A stretch of DNA of 64,000 nucleotides from Octopus sinensis (taxonomy: Eukaryota). The stretch spans positions 93,124,001-93,188,000 of the forward strand of contig NC_043006.1 in the NCBI RefSeq assembly GCF_006345805.1. Reading direction: 5' to 3'. This document shows, in pieces, positions 26,711 to 40,186 of this stretch (position 1 is the stretch's first letter; every line of letters begins with the position of its first letter). The position numbers were made by a program, and so were the translations under genes. The notes under the pieces are model-generated. The model ran no database searches. It saw nothing but the letters and a program-made list of their open reading frames with translations, and had not been told where the DNA came from.

Positions 26711-27938
26711 TCTTATCTTCAATGAGTGGGTGCTTTTTTTTCTGATATATTTGCAGCCGGGTCGCATTTTAAAAAGTGAGTACTATCATTGTAATAATTC
26801 TTTTCATTAAGAGATTTGATTTTTTGTAGAACCGAGTGATACTGAAAGTGTTTCTTGTTTCTTGTCCTCTTTCCTTTTAGCAAATCTATAAAAACGAATC
26901 AGTAACGATGGCCTGATCTATTACCAGAAGAAAGATGAAGACTGCATAATAGAGACTCGCAAAGATTATCTATTGATAAAGAAACGAAAGCAGATGGTGA
27001 TTTTCATGACACTTGTTTTTTACTATAACTCCGGATCGACCAGTGGTAGAGGGAAAACAGTGTGGAATCCCCTTGTATATATACAGCCATATATGTGTGT
27101 GTGTGTATGTGTGTGTACACATTCGAGTGTCCTGGTTCGACATGTGACAACAATAAAATAGATAGCAGGCTTAACAGAATAATTTGTTTTGACTAGAACA
27201 TTTCAAAGCAGTGCCACAGCATGGCCGCAATACAATGTTCGAAACAAAGGAAAGGATAAAAAAACCCGTCGCACACACACAGAACTACATATGAACAAGC
27301 ATAAGCACTCACATCTATGTGCGTTTGTGAAAACATGTCTGAGCCTCTGTCGATGTGTGTCTGTGTGTCTGAGTGTGCGTCTGTGTAATTGCAAACATAA
27401 AACGAAAAGAGATAATCAGAAAGTTCGATGGCTATCGAAACATTAGCGTACATAATTTGATTACATCCACATACATTTATATTTTTGCGTGTGTATGAAT
27501 ACATGTTTGTATATTCAAATACACGTGTATATATATATATATATATATATACACGTGTGTGTGCATGTGTGTAAGTGTACGCACGCACATTCATGCAAGC
27601 ACTAATGCTGGTGCGTCAGTCTGGTCTATGTCTGAATGTGTGTGTGTGTCTGTATGTGTATTTGGTTAAGGGAGATAAAGATAGGATTACACACTCGAAG
27701 GAGGATTTCGCTCGCTCCGCCAAGCATCACCGTGAGCGTATTTCAAAGTAATAACATGCTGTAGAGGAAAGATTACATCCTCATTTCACGGTTCGGAGAG
27801 GTAATCCACGTTTATCTCCATAAATTAGCGGGGATAAGACACCCTACACTGACGGCCTAAATTGGCATTTTGCTATTTGAAGTTCGTGTACGATAGCTTA
27901 CGTCTATATATATATATACATAGAGAGAGACAGATGTG

Positions 27939-27939
<1 letters not shown>

Positions 27940-27971
<32 letters not shown>

Positions 27972-28171
27972 AACAGACTGATAGACAGGTACACAGACAG
28001 ACAGACAAATAGACAGATAGATAGATAGACAGACAGATAGACAGACAGATAGACAGATAGATAGGCAGATAGATAGACATATAGATAGATAGAAAGAGAC
28101 AGATAGATAGATAGAGACAGACAGACAGACAGATAGAAAGAGACAGGCAGATAGATAGATAGATAGGTAGG

Positions 28172-28267
<96 letters not shown>

Positions 28268-28282
28268 AAGAGACAGACGGAC

Positions 28283-28315
<33 letters not shown>

Positions 28316-28455
28316 TAGTTAGATAGACAGATAGATAGATAGATAGATAAAGATACACAGACAAACAGAAAGGTAGATAGGTAAGTAGGTAGGTAGGTAG
28401 ATATGTAGGTAGACAGGTAGATAGACAGATAGGTAGACTGATAGGTAGGTAGATC

Positions 28456-28525
<70 letters not shown>

Positions 28526-28579
28526 GATATAGATAGATAGATAGATCGATAGATAGATAGATATATAGATAGATAGATA
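27940..28579. repeat. Complex (GATA)n/(GACA)n/(GGTA)n array
   Basis: Direct reading. Confidence 0.95.
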
Positions 28580-29498
28580 AGTTTCTTTATTGGCCACACA
28601 GGGCTGCACACAGATGGGACAAATTACAAGGTAGAGCTTTTCTTTTGGGGGATGAAAAAAACAAAAAAAAAAAAAAACAAAAGAAAAAAATAGTGGTGTA
28701 GGTTTTCGATCAAAAGGGATCGTAAAAGGGAAAAAAGAAGAAAAAAAAAGAGAGAAAGAAAAAAAAGGAAAAAAGGAAAAGAAACAAAAGAAAAGAAAAA
28801 GGAAAAAAGAAGAAAAAAGAGGAAAAAAGGGGACGAGGAAAAAAACAATCAATAGGGATCATGTATCACAGTGTCATAATGTACGGTGTAAAGGGGAAGC
28901 AGACAAGGTTTATCTGTAGGAAGAAAACCTTACGAAAAAGACCACGTTAACCTCGGTCAATATTGTTATATGTTACCACATTTGTTTGCAAGTGGGTAAC
29001 CCTCTGTTTTCAATTTCTGGGTTCATAGGATTATGCTCAAGGTGGCTTCGTCATTCATACGTGCCATCCTTGCTACATTCACCCATCTGTTTTTTAAAAC
29101 ATTCGCTAGACAAAACTTGCCTCTCTACTCTCACTTTCCTTTTCAAGTGATACTTGAAGAAGTTGATGAGAGATTGACCAGAGAGGAAAGTGTTTGTCTC
29201 CAATCCTTTCAGATGCGTCCACCAGATACATTCTTTCTCCATAGCCACAAGGATGATGAAAATAGCTCTTCCTTCCCGTTTGAAGGAAAGAGGCGTGACA
29301 ATATTGACGATAGACTCAGCTGATAAACCGACTCGTCCCACACGTGACAGCAGTTGTTCGACATAAGCCCACAGGTCGGAAATTGTTGGACACTGCACGA
29401 GTGCGTGCAGAACGGCTTCGTCGCTCTGACCGCATCTCGGGCAGGTCGGCCCCGTGTTTCTCAAGCCGTGTCTGTAGAGCTTATCTCCAACGGGTAAC
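28580..29498 (-). mobile_element. L1/Tx1-like LINE copy B: 5'-truncated, zinc-finger C-terminus plus T-rich 3' UTR
   Basis: ORF 29051-29500: YRHGLRNTGPTCPRCGQSDEAVLHALVQC...RKVRVERQVLS. The 3' end gtgtggccaataaagaaactt runs straight into (ATCT)n. Confidence 0.9.
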
Positions 29499-29504
29499 AT
29501 AGAT

Positions 29505-32500
29505 AACTTTCTTTAATGGCCACGCAGTGCTGAATACAGAGGGAACAAATACAAATGCAGAGCTTTTCTCTTCGAAAATGAAAAAGGGTAAAAAGCAGAA
29601 AAAAATGTAAAATTCCGATCAAAAGGGATCGTGTATCACAAAAGAATTTTTTTAAATGTAAGAAGCAAGATTAGGTTTATTCGTGGAAAGAAAGGCCTAC
29701 GGAAAAGACTACGTTAACTTCAGGCAGGAAGGGAATAAACACATGAGAGCAAAGTGCTCACTCTTTTTTCGATTTACAGGATCATGCTCAAAGTGGTCTC
29801 GTCGCTCGCACGCACCATCTTTGCTACATTCACCCACCTCTTTTTAAAACTTACGCGGGACAAAACCTGCCTTTCCATTCTCATCTTTCTTTCCAAGTGG
29901 TACTTGAAAAAGTTGATGAGCGATTGGCCAGAGAGGTAAGTGTTTGTCTCTAATCCTTTGGCTCGAGTCCACACATTCTTTCACCATAGCCACCAGTACG
30001 ATGAAGACTGCCTTGCCTTCCCGTTGAGGGAAGGACGTGGAGTGGACTCGTCCATCATATGACAGCAGTAGTTCGCCATAAGCCCACAGGTCCGAAGTGG
30101 TTGGACACTGCACGAGTGCGTGCAGAACAGTTTCGTCGCCCTGACCGCATCTCGGGCAAGTCGGTCCGGAATGTCTCGAACCGTGCCTGTAGAACTTATC
30201 CCGAACAGGTAATGCTTCTCGATAGCACCGCCAGGTGATTGTCCATAAGTCCCGGCCCGAAAGTTGTCCTGAACAGGTGGGTCATGTCTTCCTCGTCTAC
30301 GCCCAGTTTCTGCCCGAGAATGTCGTCGCACCACACCTCCTCTAATCCTCTATATATGCCTTTGTCGTATTGAAGTCGTACAAGTTTGGTCTCGGTCGGC
30401 AGAGTTGTTAGTGAGCAATGCGACACTCGCGGTGCCATTTGCCAAGCCTCGGTCTCTGTTTGATCCACGATTGTAGTTCGGCCAAGAAGACGAGCTGCGG
30501 GAACGCGCGTCGCACAAACGGCGACCACATCTGTTCTCCATCGTCTATGAAGCGCCGGAGATGTCGCAGTCTCAGCGCATGTCTGCGCATCATCAACCAT
30601 GGCATGCCTAGCCCTCCATTTAGCGGATGTTGACAGCAAATGGATCACCAAACCATCGGAACGCTTCCCTGCCACAAGAAGCGGAAGAGTATACATTCCA
30701 GTTTGGTGATGGTAGCGTCGGAACAAGGCACGACCGTCAGACGGTAATCGATGACATATGCGATGTACGCGTTCGCCACCTCCACCCAACCTCTTAGGGA
30801 TAGTTTCCTCTCGGCCCATTGCTAGGTGAGAGTGGCCACCCTAGTCGTTATTTCGCCCCAGTTCTTCTCCATTTAGATGTCCGGACCGAACCTGACTCCG
30901 AGCAGTTTAATCGGTCCGTCGGTCAAGCGTCCCACGATGGAGACGCTGTTGGACGGCATGGGCTTGCTTCTCCAGGTGCCGAGCCGCAAGCCCACTGACT
31001 TTTCCTGATTCATTTGTGCTCCTGTTACCAATTCGCATTCTTTTAGTGTCTCACCGACCAGGTCGATATCCTTGTGGCTCGACGTTATGACCGTGACCTC
31101 GTTCGCGCATGCAGACACACTCTTCCCGTATTCCAGCTCTCGTGGGATGCCCCTCAGCATCTCGTGGGATGCCCCTCAGCGTCGTCGTAGTAGTGGCTCA
31201 AGAGACAATACATACAAAAGCGACGAGAGGGGACAGCTTTGACGAACCGAACGCATGATGCTAAATGGTCTAGATAGATGACCATCTAGATAGATGTATA
31301 AGGCAGATTTCCAACCACGGAAAACGGGACCGAAACCAGCCGCTTTAAGGGCAACCTCCAAGTAGTGATGGTCTACCCTATCGAAAGCTTTTGATTGATC
31401 CAAATTGATCAGCGCCTCAGCCATGCCAGGATTCTTAACTACCTTGTCTATGATGTAGCCCATCAGATGGAGTTTGTCATGGATACTCCTACCCGGCACA
31501 GCGCACGTTTGTCAAATCTGCGTTGACCAGAGTGATGGGCCTGAAGTTATCTATGACGTTCCACTTTTTTATCTTTCTTTAGCAGTGCCACTGCTCCTCA
31601 CCTTACAAAGACGGGGATACTCCCGTTTTGCTGCTAGTTGCAGTAGACAGCTGCCAGAACGCCTCCAAATAAGTGTGGCATATGACAATAAAGTTCCTAG
31701 TGCAGACCATATAAGCCTTGTGACTTGTCTCTCGCGCACTCTTCGTGTTTAGCGCTGAAGTGTTGGTCGAGGGCGAACATCGCCGCCAAAACGTCGGATG
31801 CGATGCCGCTTCTTATTGTCTCTTCTAACTTCTTAACTAACTCACCCTTACTCTGTTTCTCTCTATGACTAGTACCATGCTGTATCTAATTGCTTCCGCT
31901 TTTACTGCTCTCTTGAGGGCGAACAACCATTTGTTGTTGTCGATGGCTCCCGTCAAAGCCCTCTTTACTAACGTGCTGATTCGGTCTCAGAAAACCTGTC
32001 TCAACGGGAAAGATGCGTTTAGTTTCCAGTAACCGGGACCCTGCCTATGTGCGTTATCCAAGTCTAGCGTACACGTCACGAATTTGTGATCCGTGTGTCT
32101 GACTGTGTGGAATTGTGGACATTCTAAATTATCCCTGTCTACTGTCCTACACAGTATCCTATCTAGATATAATCTCGACGACCCAATGCGGTTGCTCCAT
32201 GTCCACGTTGGTACGTTTGGGTGGTCGAGTCGGTACCTGTCAGACAGCTGGAATCATCTGAGCATGTCTCTGAGGCATTTGCATTCCCGTCTGTTTTTTT
32301 CTCTCCCCATACAGTCTAGATGCGTGTCCAAGGTAGCATTCCAATCCCCCGCTAAAAGTAAAGGACGAGACGTTCCCAGGAATACTTTTAGACGTCGAAA
32401 GAAATCCGGACGACCTGTTAAAGGCGGGGCATAAATTGCTAGGAGTCGAAAAGCGCACCCATGGCTGCCGTCGACATCCAGGACAACCAGTCTACCCTCC

Positions 32501-32523
32501 CGGTCTACGAATATCGTCTTGAC
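29505..32523 (-). mobile_element. L1/Tx1-like LINE copy A: 5'-truncated inside the APE domain; APE-RT-zinc finger with deletions and frameshifts
   Basis: APE: GRLVVLDV...RLLAIYAP...LLAGDWNA. RT: NFRPITLVN, LINLDQSKAFDRVDH, VRQSCPLS, ANEVT (YADD position), NQEKS. The 3' UTR is homologous to copy B and the 5' end abuts (GATA)n 32524-32635. Confidence 0.92.
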
Positions 32524-32635
<112 letters not shown>

Positions 32636-32788
32636 TGAATGTATGCATGCGCGTGTCTATGCATTCTAAAGTACTGAATTATATAATTTTTCAGTTATAT
32701 ATATATTGTCTTGTCAAATAGCGTTTTGGTGTATATTCATCTTTATTTCAGACTCACAGACATAAAGTATAATATGTGATGTTGCTAA

Positions 32789-33004
32789 GGCGGTGAGCTG
32801 GCAGAAACGTTAGCACACCGGGAGAAATTCTTAGCGGTATTTCGTCTGTCTTTATGTTCTGAGTTCAAATTCCGCCGAGATCGACTTTGACTTTCATCAC
32901 TTCGGGGTCGATGAATTAAGTACCAGCTGTGTACTGGAGTCAATGTAATCAACTGGCCCTCTCCCCAAAACATTTTGGGCCTTGTGTCTAGAGTAGAAAA
33001 GAAT
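32789..33004 (+). mobile_element. tRNA-derived SINE, family A (variant tail)
   Basis: ggcggtgagctggcagaaacgttagc...gagttcaaattccgccgag...ggccttgtgtctagagtagaaaagaat. Confidence 0.88.
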
Positions 33005-33073
33005 ATGTGATCATGTTATGTTACCCGCGGATATGTCGTTCCGAACCGACCCACTTCAGTTTACACGTTTTTA

Positions 33074-34354
33074 CGAGGGGCGTTCAATAAGTAATGCCCC
33101 TGACCCACTTCCCATAGCAGTAGAGCAACGAAACTTGGCACAGTTATTAGTCTTTTTCTACATAGGAACCACCCAGAGTTACGCATTTCTCCCATCATTT
33201 GATGCGGCTCTGGAGACCGTTTTTGTAGAAGAACCCAGCTTGGTCCTCCAACCTCAACGTTACTTCAGAAATCAAGGCTGCATCATCTGGGAAACGCTTT
33301 CCTTTCAAAAACAACTTCATGACTGGGAAGAGGTGAAAATCAGAGGGTGCAAGGTCAGGAAAGTAGGGGAATGGTGGAGCAGTTCATAGCCATACACCTG
33401 TGCTTCTGATCTGGCGACAAGCGAGTTGTAGACCGGAGCGTTGTCCTGCAGAAGGAGGATGCCTTTGCTGATCTTCCCCCGCCTCTTGATTTTGATAACT
33501 TCTCTTACTTTCCTCAAAAGTGAAGCATAATAGGCTCCTGTTATTGTGGTACCCTTTGCCAGGAAATCTGTCATCACTACTCCGTCCTGGTCCCAGAAGA
33601 CTGTGAGCATGATCTTGCCAGCGGAGGGCTGCGCCCTTGCCTTCTTTGGAGGGGGTGAGTCACGGTGCTTCCACTGCATTGACTGGGCTTTGGTCTCTGG
33701 ATCATCGTGATGGACCCAGGTTTCATCCTGTGTAATTAGTCTTTTGAAAAATTTTGACTCATCTTGGCACATCTCCAAATTCACCCTCGAGCACTCGACG
33801 CGTTCTTGCTTCTGGAAAGGCGTGAGCAACCTGGGAATCCATCTGGCAGACACCTTTTGCATATGCAAATGGTCATGAATGATAGTTTCCACAGACCCGG
33901 TACTAATCTTGACCTCATGGGCTATTTGGCGAATAATTATGCGTCGATCTTCCAAAATGGCAGCCTCAATATTGATGGTTCATCAATGGCAGAAGGGCGC
34001 GACCAGATCTGGGAGCTGTTTCCACATAGTTCCGACCATGTTTGAATTTACGATACCAGCGTTTTACAAGGTCATATGATGGGGCATCATCATCATAAGT
34101 TACTTTCATTTCATCAAAAGTCTCCCGTGGTGTGCGTCCTTTCAAATACAAAAACCGGATCACTGCTCGACACTCAACAGGCTCCATTTCACACTTGACT
34201 CAGTTCAAACACCTGTAAATCAGAAACCACAATTAGTTCAGAGCTGTCATTTGTCACTTACTCTATAGAGATATAAATGATTGCACATACAACATTTCAG
34301 CTAGATCAAACAATTGCAAATGGGTCAGGGGCATTACTTATTGAACGTCCCTCG
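33074..34354 (-). mobile_element. Full-length mariner transposon (1281 bp) with 34-bp TIRs and TA target duplication
   Basis: Left TIR cgaggggcgttcaataagtaatgcccctgaccca vs reverse-complemented right TIR cgagggacgttcaataagtaatgcccctgaccca (1 mismatch). TA lies at 33072-33073 and 34355-34356. Confidence 0.95.
33147..34187 (-). pseudogene. Mariner DD34D transposase, frameshifted
   Basis: MEPVECRAVIRFLYLKG...RSGR; ARWIPRLLT; ITQDETWVH; LLQDNAP; PDLAPSDFHLF after a shift. At least two frameshifts and one stop. Confidence 0.92.
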
Positions 34355-34503
34355 TATCTACAGCTAGACTATTTCTCCATAACAGAACGCAGCTGAATGA
34401 CCTTATTACGGGCTCGAATATATCTCGAACATTTGAACATGGACACAATTTTATATTTTTACACATACACATATACACACATTTATATATTTATAGATAA
34501 TCA

Positions 34504-34538
<35 letters not shown>

Positions 34539-35089
34539 TATACATGCTTATATATATATATGTGTGTGTGTGTGCGCGTATATATATATATGTCTATATA
34601 GCTATATATATATATATATATATACCCACGCGCGCACACATACACACATATATATATGCATACATGCAAATGTGTGTGTGTGTGTGTAAATACAATAACC
34701 ATATAGAGGCTCTTCAATTTGCTATAAGAAAACGATTCTACTGTTATTTTTTCTGTTTAGCTACTGTGAGGTTCTCATCCAGTTCAATTACGTATAAGTC
34801 TGTCCATTTGTGGCTGTCCCGGCTTCTTGTACGTTTCCTATATTTACGATTTCTTTGAACTTCATTTTTTTTCTTTTTAGACTTGGCAAAATCGAAAGAT
34901 TTTAAATCTCATTTCTGTATGTTTTAAGCAACGAATAAAATACATTTTTTACTCTTGTTTCATGGGTACGAAAACACGAACTCCCTTGAAAACACGAACC
35001 TTCAGATGAAAAGGGAAGGAACAAAATTCACTGTTTTATACTGGGTTCGCTGAAATGTCGAAAGGCTGACCCAGGAACTCTCATGGAAT

Positions 35090-35590
35090 GTCATCGAGTG
35101 CGGTTTATTTTACAACATACTTTCCATGTGATCTACATATTTCTTCCTTCGATGTTGCAGTGTTCGGATCTCATCGACGAAGCTTTCATCCTGTTAATCA
35201 AAAAAGATATCAACAGCAGATATGGCGTCGTCATCACTGCTATACAGGTTCGGATCTGGGGAACAGAATACTCAAAATTCTCTCAGACGGTATGCTAATA
35301 ACATTGGCTACTTGATTTATAGTCAATCGTCTGTTATCCACCAGCATGTGGTGAACAGGATCAATATTTTTCTCGTTCGTGGCAGCTGCAGGACGTCCAG
35401 ACATTGGTTCTTCTTCAAGGATTTATCATCCCCACCTAAATTCAGCAACCCAATTTTGGATTGTCGATAAGGCCGGAACATCTTCCTCTAATGTAGCAAC
35501 CATGTCAGCATGAATTTCCTTGGGGACTAAATCCTTCATCTGCTGGTACATGATTACACCACGATGCCAATAGTTTCATTTTCAAAATAA
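35090..35590 (-). pseudogene. Mariner transposase relic (N-terminal HTH region, internally deleted)
   Basis: KEIHADMVATLEEDVPALSTIQNWVAEF...EEEPMSGRPAAATNEKNIDPVHHMLVDNRRLT. Confidence 0.75.
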
Positions 35591-35829
35591 GTTGCTAATA
35601 TTTATCATTGAAGTTTTCTTTGAAAAGACACGTCAGTTTACCTGGAAATAAATAATGCAGTTATCAATAAGAATAATTGAAATTAATGCATGCAAGATTT
35701 CACAGCTGTAGCATCACTCCTCATAGTCAGCCTATGAACTTGTCAGGCCACCTTCGAACAGAGAGATTTTAACAGCGTACGCCACAGTGGGGCCAAACAC
35801 ACATCCACCACATACAACACTTCTACCTG

Positions 35830-36190
35830 CAAATATTGAAATCATACCACCTGTCTACTTAGACGATCCTGCACCTCAAAAGCCGTGTTCTATAGGGCCA
35901 CCCTTATCCCACCCGATACTATTAAAAGATGCTTCAAAGGCATGACAGCCAGCAAATTTCAAGGTGAGATTATCGCAGCATACCTACTCCTTCAAGTTTA
36001 GCAAGAAGAACATATCTACATCTTTCTTCCGCTTCATTTGGAGACCCCTGTGTTCGTTGCAGTACATCACCCAACATCGTATAGAGTGTACTCGACAGAG
36101 TCTTGCCTTACACGCCCAGAGCTCACATTTGCCATTTTCGCCACCGCGAAACGTTGCACATACTCCAACAAACACTTGTAACTATTTATA
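35830..36190 (+). mobile_element. Penelope-like GIY-YIG endonuclease fragment
   Basis: CTSKAVFYRATL...FKGMTASKFKVRLSQHTYSF...STSFFRFIW...LPYTPRAHICHF, a degenerate VxYxA..YxGxT..FKxR..H..SF pattern. Confidence 0.6.
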
Positions 36191-36573
36191 GAAAAATTGA
36201 CATTTAATATTTTTGTCATTGAAAATAGGAACTTTTGATGAATTTCAAACTATTCACTGCTGATAATCTCGATATATTAGCAAAGACAAGGCAATATTGC
36301 GACTGTTGTTCGTACAAAGGTTATCATCCTACCATTCCAGCAACTCAATGATCCAGTAGACACACCATACGTTAATGATTAATTGGCATTCATATGTGGT
36401 CTCAAAGTTGGCACCAGACCCATGCAACCGTCCAGAGATGGGCGATGAACATCTCTGTTATAAAGTAGCTATTTTGTTTTTACTTCAGAACAACCGAGGA
36501 ATCGAATGAGTTTTCACATCTGCGAAATTTAAGTAACATGATTTGTGTGTGTGTGTTTGTGTGTGTGTGTATG

Positions 36574-36604
<31 letters not shown>

Positions 36605-37254
36605 TTATGTGTGTGTTTGTGTGTGAGTTTGTGTGTGAGTTTGTGTGTGTTTGTGAGTGTTTGTGTGTGTGTGTGTGTGTGTGTGTGAATTCGCTGCATA
36701 GGCATTTGTCGGCCTGGTAGTATCGCGGAAGTTAGTTACCCAAATGTTTTCTACGACAGCATTGGAACTGAACGCGAAGCTGCGTGGCTTCTTAGCCATG
36801 CATCCAGTCTTACACGTATGTGTCAAAAGTAACGCAGTGATCACAATTAAGATATTTTTTACTAACGGTTTCTAGGATCAGAGGTGACTTGAGTTAAACA
36901 AAGACAACGCTGCATCGAGTTGCAACGTGGCCCCATGGAAACTTGAGATTCTAATCAAGTTACATATGTTTCTACTTTTGCAAATATAAATCTTATAGCC
37001 ACCCATATTATTTTAGATGAAGGATCAAATTTGTGTTTTCGAGGATCCAACAGATCTCTTCATAAACTGAAGATTTTCCGTTGTTTTGACATTTCTTGTA
37101 GCATTCGATCATTTTAATGAGATTGGATACCTGGTTTCTTTGTAGCACCGAAGGATTTACTTCAATAGAGAATCTTGCTTTCCATCATTACATAACTATA
37201 CCAAATCGAATTCGAATATGTCTATATAAAAAGGTATATCTGTGCGTGCGTGCG

Positions 37255-37257
<3 letters not shown>

Positions 37258-37289
<32 letters not shown>

Positions 37290-37484
37290 GCATATATGTA
37301 TGTATGTATATATATGTGTATATATATATATGTATATATATATGTATATATATATTTGTATATATATATGTGTATATATATATGTATATATATGTGTATA
37401 TATATATATATTTGTATATATATATGTGTATATATATATATGTAATATATATATGTATATATATATATATGTATAATATATATA

Positions 37485-37536
<52 letters not shown>

Positions 37537-37548
37537 TATATATATATA
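37258..37548. repeat. Interrupted (TA)n/(TATG)n array
   Basis: Direct reading. Confidence 0.95.
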
Positions 37549-37624
37549 AACGGGAAGGTTTACGAAAATAAACAAAAGGCGAAGGCAGGTGGAGTACAAA
37601 CAAACAATGTATTAGTATGGCGCT
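37549..37624 (-). mobile_element. Penelope terminal fragment abutting (TA)n
   Basis: Reverse complement matches 55203-55280 (atactaatacat..tgtttgtttgta..ccacctgccttcg.cttttgtttattttcgtaaac.ttccc). Confidence 0.8.
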
Positions 37625-37689
37625 ACCTCTACGTACATACGTATGCTTGTATATACATATATACTTATACGTGTATACACTATTACGTG

Positions 37690-37730
<41 letters not shown>

Positions 37731-39655
37731 CAAACATAATTATACAAAACTTCACACACACACATGTACCACTGCAAACTTACTTTGCGATATGCCTACG
37801 TGTTTCTCTATATATTTACTTAAATATATCTGCGTGCATTTCACTTGCGGTACCCTTTAATATTGATATTTCTATATTGTTTGAGGCTTCAGCTGTATTT
37901 ATGTTCATAACATTTCACATTTTATTTTTATTGTGATATCTTCCTAGGTAACTGAAACTGAAATCAGAATACACATAAAATAATCTTTCACGAGAATCCG
38001 TTCTAGAATATTTATTCTGTTTTACTTCTTCGCTCAAATACTCCAGGTTGCTGAGGAGTGACAACCAACTGATGCGGCAGTAATGTACACATAGACACAC
38101 ACAAACACGCATATCTGTAAGTGCATGTGTATTACTATATATATTGATATTTGCATTGATAGGAACCGGAAGTGTCTGCAAATAAGTTTCTATTAAATTA
38201 GAGTTAAAAATACAGTTGTAACATTTTGCCGAATGAAATTGTAAACGTATGCTTCATAGTCAAGTAAGAAGTGTTTTACCTTTAGTCAACAATGTTTATA
38301 TTTTCTTTCGGTTGGACAGAAACACGGTTTTTCGGTTCACAGATAATATAATCAAATCAATACTATCGATACTATTGTTGCTTTTACATTATCGAATACC
38401 GAGGAAATATGGAACTAACGATGGCAACATATAACTTCAATGTGAAGAAAATTTGTCTACGATTTTCCCCCAAGAATTACATGTCAACAATCTGAAAGAA
38501 GAAAAATAACTGCAAAATATAATTATAATAAAAGTTATAATTTTAAAATGTTCACGTGACTGTTGAGCCATCGTGTTATATTTCCTTGTTATAATGAACG
38601 CTGAGATTAGAAACACCAGAAGTGTGATGGCAAACGTAAGCTATGCATAATTCCTAAATGTGATATTCTGTGATAAAATAAAACTTTCTCTATTCCTTTA
38701 ATATATTAAATTCGAAATTCTTTTGTATTCAATAAAGAAAGAAATTATAAATGATATTCTTTTAGATTTCTCTGTGAACACAATGAATTCTCAAACTTAG
38801 AAAGACACATCAATTGTTTCTCTAAGTTGATATTTCTTTTATCAAATTAGCAATTCGTTGAATTAAAAATATTCATTATCCTCCTGAGAGAATAATCCAT
38901 CAGTCGCTGACAATAGAAAAATAATTTTTATAATTGCGATATAAATATATGTGAAGTACGTGTGTGTGTGTGTGTCAACGCCAAATAAGACATAAAATAT
39001 AAATTATTCTATAAACGTAAAGGAATAACAGCAGGTGTATTTGACTGATAAAAAGTTAAGACTGATAACGTGTCTAGACATTTAACTTTCAGGAAGTCTA
39101 GACATTCAGTGTAACATATATAATCACTTAATTGTAGATGAAAAGAAACAAAGAGAAATTTTAATATTGTTCATTATTTGTCAGAATAATCTGCTTCAAT
39201 CACAATATATTGTATGTATCTAGCTTTAAGTTCATTTTGCACGATCGTCTAGTTGCAGTTAAGTATAAAATATATACGAAAGCCTACTACAATGCAAATG
39301 TAGTTGTATACCGGATTAAATAATGATGTCTTTTTAAATAGCCTGGTTATTTTTCAGGCATAATTTGATAATGTTTGTAGAAAAATTTAGCAACAAAATA
39401 TTGGAAATTCAAATGCCTTTAAAATAGCTTTGGAAATATTGCATGTAAGATGTTCATATAACAATTTGGCAAAGCAAATTAATGATTTTACTAACATTGC
39501 GAAGGGGGAAAAAAGAGATTTCTGTTTGCAGTAAACCTAATGGTTTACTTATAAAACATTATATAGTTTTATATGTAAAACATTACGATTACTGCAAACA
39601 ATATATATATATATATATACACAGATAGATACATACATACATACGTAAATAGATA

Positions 39656-40070
39656 AAAATGTAGATTCAGTTGAATATGGTACTTAAGTTGAGGCACCAG
39701 AATTAAGTATAGTATTATCCATACAATTTAAAACAAGGTGATTAAAATCAAAATAAGCAACAAGGATATCCAGAGGTAATGCAGTACGATCATTTCATGC
39801 AGCTCCATTCAATCGAACGATGCAATCATTACATCAATTCAAAATGCAGAGCAATCTTCAGCTGCACAAAGACATAGAATTGAATTAAATTTGAAGGACA
39901 CATTTCTATAATTTAACCCCAAATCTCCAAAAATATAAGGAGATAGACAAAGAACGTGTTTTACCAACAACATCGCAGTTGTAAATGAAATTTGTTTCAA
40001 AGAAAACACTGCTTTTCACTAGAAATGATCGTACTGCATTACCTCTGAAGATCCTTGTTGCTTATTTTGA
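39656..40070. mobile_element. MITE-like unit with a 49-bp inverted repeat (39748-39796 / 40022-40070)
   Basis: tcaaaataagcaacaaggatatccagaggtaatgcagtacgatcatttc vs the reverse complement of the right arm shows 2 mismatches. Flanked by tacgtaaatagata (39642) and tacgtagatagata (40071). Confidence 0.55.
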
Positions 40071-40074
40071 TACG

Positions 40075-40186
<112 letters not shown>

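Noticed and set aside
26881-27000. Possible plus-strand exon after ttttccttttag
   Set aside because: All three frames from that acceptor hit a stop within about 12 codons.
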